Positions 15,960 through 25,724 of a DNA stretch of 64,000 bases are shown piece by piece (positions within the stretch are counted from its first letter, which is position 1; every line of letters starts with the position of its first letter). The stretch comes from the human T2T-CHM13v2.0 reference genome, Homo sapiens. Made by a program: the position numbers and the translations under genes. The notes beneath the pieces are model-generated. The model saw nothing but the letters and a program-made list of their open reading frames with translations, did no database searches and was not told the origin of the DNA. Where the stretch lies: assembly GCF_009914755.1 (NCBI RefSeq), contig NC_060929.1. One strand, given 5' to 3'.

Positions 15960-17680
15960 TATATCCTCTGGGAGATCATAGGGAGACCTTGGGGAGGGAG
16001 AGAAGGCTTACAAGAGGAAGTTAACATCTAAGCTGAATCATGAAGGATGATGTGCAGTTAGCCTACTGAATGAGAGAGAAGGTCACATTGTTAGGCAGTA
16101 GAAAAGAACCTTTTTGTAAATTTTAAAGGTGAAATAAAGTGCAGCCTGCTTGGAGATCTACAAATAGCGTCCAATGGTTGGAACTTAGAATGAAATGAGT
16201 AGTTTGGATAGAAGAAGCCACAGATTTAGACAAATGCTGGGTCATGAATGACCTTGCATGCCTTACTAAGGAGTTTGGATCTTATCCTGAAGGCAGTGGA
16301 ATGACATTGACAGGCTTTAAGTAAGCAAGAAAGGGACATGACCAGATTTAACTTGAGAAAATCACTCAGGGTGCGTTGTGAAAAATGGTTTGGAAGGGTC
16401 ATGAACTGGAACAGAGACACCAGTTAGGAAGTTGCTGCCGTGATTACGGGGCAGGTTAATGCGTTTTGAACAGTAGGGATAGAGAGATAGGGCTGTATAT
16501 TTCAGGTATTAAGAAAGGATAAGCTACAAAACTTATGATTTATTACATATGATCTGCAAGGGAAAATGTCCAATTTCTTGAGTGTATAAATTGATGAATA
16601 ATTGCAAATTATTGCAATAACAAATCAAATGGAAAATTTCAATTTAGGTTCTGTTGGATTTGAGTTTTTGTGGAGAAGCCCTTGCATATTAATCACTAGA
16701 AGCAGAATGAAAAGTGGCTGATAGCGTAGGGTTGGGAGTAAGACACATCTCAATTCTAATTGTATGTATTGAGTAATTTATTAAATATCTCTAATCTTCA
16801 GTTTACTTATCTTTAAATGGAGTTAATATTTGAAACTACCTTTTAAGGTTGATAATTCATCAAATGGATTTATCAGAAAGACTCATCCGCAGTGAGTTCT
16901 CAATTATTATAATTCTTACATTTAATAGTAGTACAGTGTTACCATCAGGCTATAATTCCATAGATACATCGAAATGTGGACTGGAGATAAGGAGTAAAAC
17001 TTACACTGGTAATATAGCTTAAATTATTAAAATATAAAACAGTACGTGAAGATCAGGGAATGGATAGGTTCACTGAGTAAAAGTGTTTAGAATAAAAAGA
17101 GGTTGTAACCATGAGGAAAACAAAAGAAAATTCTAGTAAGGAGGCTGAGAAGAACACAGTAAGAAGGATGTGGTGTAACATGCTCCCTCACCCACCAAAA
17201 TAGAGTACAATGTAAGGAAAGGTTGATGAACACATCAAATTCTGAGCAAAGATTAACTAAAACTAGGGCTGAGACATTTCCATTCAATGAAGTAACAAAG
17301 AAGTCAATGGTGATTTTATCTACAACTATTTCAGCTTAGCAGAGGTGACAGAAGCCAGGTTGTGGTTGTGTGAAACACAAATAGAGGGTGAAAAAATGGA
17401 CACAGCCAATTTTTTTGCAGACAACTTCTTTAGGACACTTGGTTGTAAAGGGAAGGAGAAAGATAAGAGAATAGCTTCAAGGGGTCCAAAAGAGGTGAAG
17501 GAAAATTTTTATATTTTAAATATGGGAGAAACTTTTATTGGTTTTAATACTGTTGAGAGGGGTTAATAGAGAAGAAAAGGCTGAGAAAAATAAAACAAAT
17601 TGTATTAAATGACCCAGACCCTTAAGGACACTGAATGTGATGGGATCCAGTACATAGCTGAAGGGAAGACATGTTTAATA
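15960..17680 (-). mobile_element. L2 LINE (long degenerate copy) with a MIR insertion at ~16720-16910
   Basis: L2 motifs ctaagctgaatcatgaaggatga, taaggagtttggatcttatcctgaaggcagtgga, gacatgaccagattt...gaaaatcactc; MIR core tctctaatcttcagtttacttatctttaaatgg. Confidence 0.75.
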
Positions 17681-18139
17681 TCGTGCCCTTGCCAAAATAT
17701 CTTGCTAATGTCTACGCAATTTCTAGAATAGAATCTTCTCTGGCCATGACTGATAGTTTGCATTGTAGTCAAATTTGTCAGGGCTAGTTGATTGGATTTG
17801 CACGGCATTAGTTATTAGAGCATGAAGCAAAGTTAATCAGCATCTAATGGACAGATTTCCTGTTCTGTTAAGCTGGGAGATTTTATCCCTCAGAAGTTAA
17901 GTTGTTTCCACTTTGCATTAGTTTTCCAGGGCCATCATTTAAGCCACTATACATCTTATGTGCCAATTTTAGCAAGTTAAATATGATTCCTTGAAATGTA
18001 GTTGAATTAATAAAGTGACCCGAGAGATTGGCATTGCATGGGAAACGACAGGGAGTCAAGGATGTGGGCTTGGTATTACATATGCCTAATATAGCACATG
18101 CCTTTTGTATGCCATCCTGGTTGGCTTAATAAATAATTT

Positions 18140-18587
18140 ATTCTATATAATTTACATATATATTTGTAATATATATATAAAATGTCAATTAAGGAAATAA
18201 AACCTAATTCAAGGAAATTGTATATTGTGTTTTGTATATATATTATATATCATATATAATATATTGCATATTATGACATATTATATAATATATAATATAT
18301 TGTATAATATATTTATATATAAAATGTATTAATTATTAATAATAATTAATGTATAATATATACTATACATTATTATCATATATATTAATTATTCATGATA
18401 ATAATATAACATATACTATATTTTATAATATATAATAGTTAATAATAATTATATATAATTATCATACTATATTATATATTGTTATATTATAATTATTAAT
18501 AATAATATATAATTTTATATATACACACACACACATAAAATATAAAATTTCCTGGAATTAGGTTTTATTTTCTTAATTGACATTTTA
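18140..18587. repeat. AT-rich tract bounded by 49-bp inverted repeats
   Basis: 18178-18226 is the reverse complement of 18539-18587 with 3 mismatches; spacer is almost entirely A/T. Confidence 0.9.
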
Positions 18588-19029
18588 GACAGCTCTCAAT
18601 CTATAAATTTACTAAGTCAAATCAATACCAAAACTATTAATATTATTGTCATTGATTTGCCTCTCAGCCTGAATTCTACCAAGGGAAAAATTTATAACAG
18701 GGAAAGGTCTATTCCTTGGTCTACAGGTAGTTTTGAGATGTCTAAGTTGTTCTCAGCTCCTATGAGATCTCTACTAGTCATTAGATACGTATTATATGAT
18801 TTAGTTTACAAACAACATAATTATACACAAAGGATCACTGGTGCAGAAGTTAATGGACACTCTAGAATACTCATGGATAGGTTTCAGGGATTCTGTAATC
18901 CTCTGAATTTATGCGCATTATGTTTTCAACTCAGATAAAAGGAGAACCCACAGTCTGTATAGTTTGAAAGACATGCTGAGTGGTCACCTTCATCAGTTTT
19001 CCTATCCACTGACATTTCTCTACAAAGTA

Positions 19030-19578
19030 GTCACATCAGTTTAGAATCCCACCAAAAAAAATAAGGGAATAATGTTTCTCATACTCCTGCTGATGAATAT
19101 TATTTAAAACTTTTTAATGTTCTTTCTGATTCATAGGATTTGAATTATGCTGCTTTGTTTTAAGTTGCATTTTTACAAATTTATGAGATTCAAAATCCTT
19201 TCTTATGTTTGTGATCATTCAGATTTCTTTGAATTGATTGTCCATACCATTGGTTGTTTTCTATTTCTTTCTTCTTTTTTTTTTTTTTGTCCTATTCATT
19301 AATAGTGTTTGTTTTATGTTTTGCATATTTTACTTGTATTGGAGATATATAGATGTTTTAAATATCTTCTCTTAGTCTACCCAGTTGTTTTTTAAACTTT
19401 ATAATTTCTATGGCATACAGAATTTTTTAATTCATTGTAGTTGAACTTACATGCTTTTCCTTCAGAAAGTCTTCCCCACACATAAAACTCTATTTATATA
19501 TTTTATTGTAACACTTTTGTAGTTTTCATCATTTTAATATTAAGGTAATTATTCCAGATATAATTAATTTGTATATAT
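19030..19578 (-). mobile_element. Ancient L1M fragment (host of the L1PB1 insertion; resumes at ~21620-21810)
   Basis: Degenerate reverse-strand ORF2 motifs (gttttaagttgcattt, tcattcagatttctttgaattgattgtccata). Confidence 0.5.
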
Positions 19579-19579
19579 A

Positions 19580-19959
19580 TTTTTTGCATTCATACAAGTT
19601 ATTGATTTTTTTATTTCAATAGGTTTGTGGAACAGGTGTTGTTTGGTTACATGAGTAAGTTCTTTAATGGTGATTTCTGAGATTTGGATGCATCCATCAC
19701 CCAAGCAGCGTACGCTGTACCCAATGTGTGGACTTTATTCTCATACCACACCCCATCCTTTCCCCTAAGTTCCCAAAGTCTAATGTATCATTCTTATGCC
19801 GTTGTGTCCTCATAGTTTAGCTCCCACATGTGAGTGAGAACATATGATGTTTGGGTTTCCATTCCTGAGTTACTTCATTTACAATAATAGTCTCCAATTC
19901 CATCCAGGTCGCTGAAAATGCCATTATTTCATCCTTTTTACAGCTGAGAAGTATTCTAT

Positions 19960-20003
<44 letters not shown>

Positions 20004-21598
20004 ATAGAATACCCTAGAAAATGTTATGTATATACATACATGTGTGTATATATATATACACGTATATATGTATATATATGTGTGTATATATATGTAAAAA
20101 ACATTTTCTTTATCCACTTGTTGATTGATAGGCCTTGGGGCTGGTTCCATATTTTTGCAATTGCAATTTGTGCTGTTATAAATATGTGCATACAAGTATC
20201 TTTTTTATGTAACGACTTCTTTTCCTCTGGGTAGATACCTAGTAATGGGATTGCTGGATCAAATGGTAAATCTACTTTTAGTTCCTTAAGGAATCTACAC
20301 ACTGTTTTCCATAGTGCCTGTACTAGTTTACATTCCCATGAACAGTGTAAAAGGTGTACCCATATCATGGCATCCAAACAAGCATGAATTATTTTTTGAT
20401 TTTTTGATTATGACCATCTTTGTAGGAGTGAGGTGGTATCGCATTGTTGTTTTGATTTACACTTCCATGATCGTTAGTGATGTTGAGCATTTTTCCATGT
20501 GCTTGTTGGCCATTTGTATATCTTCTTTTGAGAATAGTCTAAGTCATCAAAAGTGTTAGCCCACTTTTTGATGGGATTGTTTTGTCGTTGTTGTTGATTT
20601 GTTTGGGTTTCTTGTAGATTCTGAATATTAGCCCATTGTCAGATGTAGATTGTGATTTTCTCAAACTCTGTGGGTTGTCTGTTAACTCTGCTGATTATTT
20701 CTTTTGCTGTGCAGAAGCTTTTTAGTCTAATTAAGTCCCATCTATTTATCTTTGTTTTAGTTGCATTTACTTTTGGGTTCTTGGTCATAAAGTTTCACCT
20801 AAACCAACGTCTAGAAGTTTTTTACAATGTTATCTTCTAGAATTTTAAAGTATCAGGTCTTAGATTTAAATCTTTGATCCACCTTGAGCTTATTTTAGTA
20901 TAAGGCAAGAACTGAGGATCCAGTTTCATTCTTCTACATATGGCTTGCTAATTATTTCAGCACCATTTGTTGAATAGGGTGTCCTTTCCTCACTTTATGT
21001 TTTTATTTGCTTTGTTGAAAATCATTTGACTGTAAGTATTTGGCTTTATTTCTGGGTTCTCTATTCTGTTCCCTTGGTCTATGTGCCTATTTTTATACCA
21101 GTACCATGCTGTTTTGGTGACTATGGCCTTGTAGTATAAAGTTGGGTAATGTGATGCCTCCAGATTTGTTCTTTTTGCTTAGCCTTGCTTTGGCTATGTG
21201 GGTTCTTTTTGGTTCCATGTGAATTTTAGGATTCTTTTTTTCTAATTCTGTGAAGAATGATGGTGGTATTTTGATGAAAATTGCATTGAATTTATAAATT
21301 GCTTTTGGCAGTATGGTCATTTTCATAACATTGATTCTTCCCATCCATGAGCACGGGAAGTGTTTCCATCTGTTTATGTCATTTATTATTTCTTTCAGCA
21401 GTGTTTTGTAGTTTTCCTTGTAGAACTTTTTCATGTCCTTGGTTAGGTATATTCCTAAGTTTTATTTTATTTATTTTTTGTTTATGTTTTTTATTTATTT
21501 TTATTTTTTGGCAGCTATTGTGAAGAGGGTTGAGTTCCTGATTTGATTCTCAGCTTGGTCATTGTTGTTGTGTAGCAGAGCTACTGATTTATGTACAT
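19580..21598 (-). mobile_element. 5'-truncated L1PB1-type LINE-1 (~2 kb 3' end)
   Basis: L1PB 3'UTR (ttatttcaataggtttgtggaacaggtg...gttacatgagtaagttcttt); ORFs 21434-21093 ([10 protein letters not shown]...PCSWMGRIN) and 20377-20024 ([14 protein letters not shown]). Confidence 0.92.
19951..20109. repeat. (TA)20 plus TA/TG tract with inverted copies of both flanks, inside L1PB1
   Basis: 19951-20012 is a perfect 62-bp palindrome; agaaaatgtt (20015-20024) is the reverse complement of aacattttct (20100-20109). Confidence 0.92.
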
Positions 21599-21989
21599 AT
21601 TTTTATATTTTTATAAGTAGGACCTAATTTAACTTATTCCATATGTACAATTATTTAATCTAGCAAAAATTATTCATTAAGCATTTTCCCCTTTAAAGTG
21701 TATGCAACCTCCCTCATTTAATGATTTTGCATACATCTAAAAATATCTTTCCAAAATTTCCGTTCTAATTCATTGATTTATTGGTCTACTTCAGTATAAC
21801 ACAATGTCCACATAAGTTCTTGAAGGAAAGGTAAAAAAAAAATGCATTGCTACGATTTTGTTAATAATGTAAAGTTCAGAACAGACATTAAGAAGGGATT
21901 GATTATTATAAGTATGGCTGATCTATGCAATGCGCTATATCCAACAGCTAAAGTAATGGTGTTCATTTAAGCATGGAGATAGGCTGAAA

Positions 21990-22170
21990 TATACATATGC
22001 TCAAATACATATATTTAAAGTATGGCTATAATATTTATATATAAAGCATAAGCTTAAATACAATGTATATGCTAAAATATATATACACATACACATTTAA
22101 AATATATATTTAAATATATATTAAAGTAATTATGTAAATATAAACATATATGTATGTGTGTATATATTTT

Positions 22171-22201
<31 letters not shown>
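21990..22201. repeat. AT-rich low-complexity / (TA)n tract
   Basis: Directly visible; includes the 22-bp palindrome aatatatatttaaatatatatt near 22100. Confidence 0.85.
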
Positions 22202-22253
22202 CAAATTTACGGATTTGTCATTCTATATCTTCCCATTAAACCTGGTGTATTTC

Positions 22254-22497
22254 CCGCACGTTCTCACTCATAGGTGGGAATTGAACAACAAGAACACTTG
22301 GACACAGGGTGGGGAACATCACACACCGGGGCCTGTTGTGGGGTAGGGGTAGGGGGGAGGGATAGCATTAGGAGATATGCCTAATGTAAATGACGAGTTA
22401 ACGGGTGCAGCACACCAACATGGCACATGTATACATATGTAACAAACCTGCACATTGTGCACATGTACCCTAGAACTTAAAGTATGATAAAGAAAAA
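22254..22497 (+). mobile_element. 5'-truncated L1PA4/5-like 3'UTR
   Basis: gttctcactcataggtgggaattgaacaa...gatagcattaggagatatgcctaatgtaaatgacgagtta...ccctagaacttaaagta; TSD aaacctggtgtatttcc (22238-22254) / aaacccggtgtatttcc (22498-22514). Confidence 0.93.
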
Positions 22498-23287
22498 AAA
22501 CCCGGTGTATTTCCATTCTCCAATATAATAGATTTTTCTTTCGGTAAAAAACTATCCAAGAGTTGGTAGCTATAATTTCCATTTTGTAAATAAGCAAGGC
22601 AAGAATTAGATGAGAAAGATAAGATGCCTGAGATCACGCAGGGACTAACACAATTTACATATAGATTTCCAAGCAGCCAATAAAATAACTCATTGTGTGA
22701 CATGGCTTTAAGCAGGAAGCTTAATTCCTGTATACAGTAACATTTGTCTCTTATTCTTGGGTCATTGTTAAAACCTTAACCGCTAGATTAAAATGGTGGA
22801 TATTTTTACACTCACCTCTTGCTGCTTGGATGTTGTTTAATCTTTATTTCTAGCACCTGTGGATTTCCTTTCTTTCGTAAGCCTAAGTTTGTCCACAGGA
22901 TAATTTTAATTTGTGTTATTCAGAATTTCAAGATGTTTGTAGCTAGAACTGTGTCAGAATCAGAAGTTAAATGAGCTTGTACAATTGATGAATGGTATGT
23001 TCTCATGTACAAGATACATGAAAATGTAGACTCATTTTCAGTTTTAAATAAGCATTTAAATACAAGTTCTTCTTTTACTTTCTTTTTTTTCAAACTGGTG
23101 CTATTAAAACAAAGACAAATTATCTTGCCATGATTGATGTAATGCTATTACAGTATCCTTTGTTCTCAACTTTTCTTTATGAGGGTGAATCTCATCAAAA
23201 TCTTTAGAAATATCAGAATTTTCTTCTAATTTATTTATTTATTTATTCATTTATTTACTTATTGCTGGTTTAAAGCTAATCTTTCAA

Positions 23288-23415
23288 GCCAGGAGATGTG
23301 CAGCATGCCTTTAATCTAAGATACTCAGGAGGCTGAGGCAGGAGGATCACTTGAGCCCAGGAGTTTGAGTCCATTTTGAACAACATAGTGAGACTCCCAT
23401 TTCTTAAAAATATAT
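23288..23415 (+). mobile_element. FLAM (free left Alu monomer)
   Basis: Single monomer: gccaggag...ggaggctgaggcaggaggatcacttgagcccaggagtttgag...aacatagtgagac plus short A tail. Confidence 0.8.
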
Positions 23416-23616
23416 CTAAATAAAATGAAGTTAGTGGTTCAAAATCCTCATTTCAAACACAGGCCTATGCTTTCAATAAACAATATAACTATAAATTACT
23501 GGGCTTTAATTTTAATTTGAAAAATGATACTAAAATCACAAAAGACAATTTTTAGTAATAACTTTACTTAATTCCATGTTAAAAACCATTTGTCATTTTC
23601 TTCATTAATATATAAT

Positions 23617-23977
23617 TGATATAATTTGACTGTGTCCACACCCAGATTACATCTTTAATTTTAGCTCCCATAATCCCCATATGTCATAGGAGGGACCCAG
23701 TGGAAGGTAATTAAATCATGGGGCAGGTTTTCCCTTGCTGTTTTCATGAAAGTGAACAAGTCTCATGTGATCTGATGATTTCATAAAGGGCAATTCCCCT
23801 GCACACACTCCCTTGCATGCTGCCATGTCAGACGTGCCTTTGCTCCTTCTTTGCCTTCTGCCATGATTGTGAGACATCCCCAGCCATGTGGATCTGTGAG
23901 TCCATTAGATCTCTTTTCTTTATAAATTACCCAGTGTCAGGTATTTCCTTATAGTGGCATGAAAATGGACCGATACA
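23617..23977 (+). mobile_element. THE1C-type MaLR solo LTR
   Basis: tgatataatttgactgtgtcc...ccataatcccc...ccatgattgtgag...tttataaattacccagt...aatggaccgataca; 361 bp with TG..CA ends. Confidence 0.9.
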
Positions 23978-24059
23978 GTCATAAGTTAGGTACATTTTTA
24001 ATTTTGCTGTATGTGTTTTATGACATATCTATTAACCTATCCATTATTCTTTTAATTCA

Positions 24060-25312
24060 TTTTCTTTTTAAGAGTAAAATGTCTATAGAGTGAAATGCAC
24101 AAATCCCAAATGTACCATTATCTGACAGTTGACAAATGCATACACCTGTGTAATGCAAACTAATTTCAAGATATAGCATTACCATTATCCCCAGAGAATT
24201 TTCTTCTACCCCTTCCCAGGAGATTCCTACTGTCAACTCCCAAAAGGCAATCGTTGTTTTTTATTTTTTTCACTATAGGTGGGTTTTACCTGTTCTAGAT
24301 GTTATACAAATGGAAACAAACCATATGTATTCTTTGGTGTATGGCTTCTTTCACACAGGATGATGTTTTTGAGACTTTTTCCACATTATTGCACATTATG
24401 AGTAGTTGTTCTTTTATATCTCTGAGTCATATACTATCATATAAATATATCAGAGTTTTATTTTAACCATGCTTCTTTCATGGAAAATGAATTTTTATCT
24501 ATTTTAAGACTATTATAAATAAAGCCACTGGGAATATTATTTTTCCAATTTTTTAAGAGATGAGGGCGTGCTATGTTTACCAGGCTGAACTCAAACTTCT
24601 GGTTTCAAGGGATCTTCTTGCCTCATCCTCGTGAGTAGGTGAGACTACAGGTGCACAACACCACTTTCAAATCCCTTTAAGCATATGGTTTCATGTATCT
24701 TGGGTAAAAAACTAATAACGGAATTGCTGCTTCATAGGGTAGATATAGGTTTAATTTTATAAGAAACCACCAGAACTTTTTCTAAATACATTGCAATATT
24801 TTACAGTCTCATCAAAAATATATGATAGTTACAGTTGCTTTATATCCATTAAATATTAGTTGTCATTTTTCAAGATTTTAGTCCTTCTCGTGGGTGTTTG
24901 GCTTATTTACTTATTTACCTATTTTTCTAAAACGACTTAAGTGAAATTGAAACAGGGAAATATGGCATGATTTTTTTTTCTAGCTGTGTTTTACTTTTAG
25001 TTTAACTCCTTTGTGGTCAGATTACATATTCTGTAAGATTTTATTCTTTAGAGTTGTACAGAAATTTATTTTATAACCCAAGGTGTGATCTATCTTGGTC
25101 AATATTCCTTGTGCACTTATAAAAATGTACATTCTACTGTTGAGTATAGTGTTCTGTACATGTCACTTAGAGCAAATTGATTAATAGTATTGTTCACTCC
25201 TGTAGCCTACTGAATTCAGGGTTTTTTTTGGGGGGGGTGCTATCAACTGAAAATAGAAAAAATGTTAAAATATCCAGCTGATTTTAATTTCTCTACTTTT
25301 TCCCTCAGATTT
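24060..25312 (-). mobile_element. Old L1M (L1MB/MD/ME-like) fragments
   Basis: Reverse L1M 3' motifs (tgaaatgcacaaatcc, ttgacaaatgcatacacctgtgtaa, gttttacctgttctaga) and endonuclease-region motifs at ~25000-25270. Confidence 0.65.
24549..24665 (-). mobile_element. FLAM monomer
   Basis: tttttaagagatgagg...gctatgtttaccaggctgaactcaaacttctgg...gactacaggtgcac. Confidence 0.7.
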
Positions 25313-25559
25313 ATTGGCTTTAAATTTTTTTTAATTTCCATAGTTTATTGGGGAACAGGTGGTGTTTGGTTACATGAATAAGTTCTTTAGTGGTGATTTG
25401 TGAGATTTTGGTGTACCCATCACCTGAGCAGTATATACTGTACCCTATTTGTAATCTTTTATCCCTCACCCCCTTCCTGCCCTTTCCCCGTGAGTCCCCA
25501 AAGTCCGTTGTGTAATTCGTATGCCTTTGCGGCCTCATAACTTAGCTCCCATTTATGAG

Positions 25560-25686
25560 TGAAAACATATTATGCTTGGTTTTTCATTCCTGAGTTACTT
25601 CACTTAGAAAAATGTTCTCAAATCTCATCCACATCGCTTTGATTGTCATCAATTCATTCACTTTTATGGCTGGGTAGTATTCCATC

Positions 25687-25724
<38 letters not shown>

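Noticed and set aside
17670-17682. p53 half-site AGACATGTTT
   Set aside because: Single half-site with no adjacent second decamer.
18178-18587. MITE interpretation of the 49-bp inverted repeats
   Set aside because: No TSD, termini unlike Tc1/mariner, hAT or piggyBac TIRs I know, and the interior is simple AT repeat; kept as a fold-back finding instead.
19817-20234. Y/I/H/T/C-rich ORFs (also 22158 and 45865-46383)
   Set aside because: Translations of TA/TG/CA microsatellites.
22345-22362. G-quadruplex ggggtaggggtaggggggaggg
   Set aside because: Standard G-rich tract of the L1PA 3'UTR; not locus-specific.
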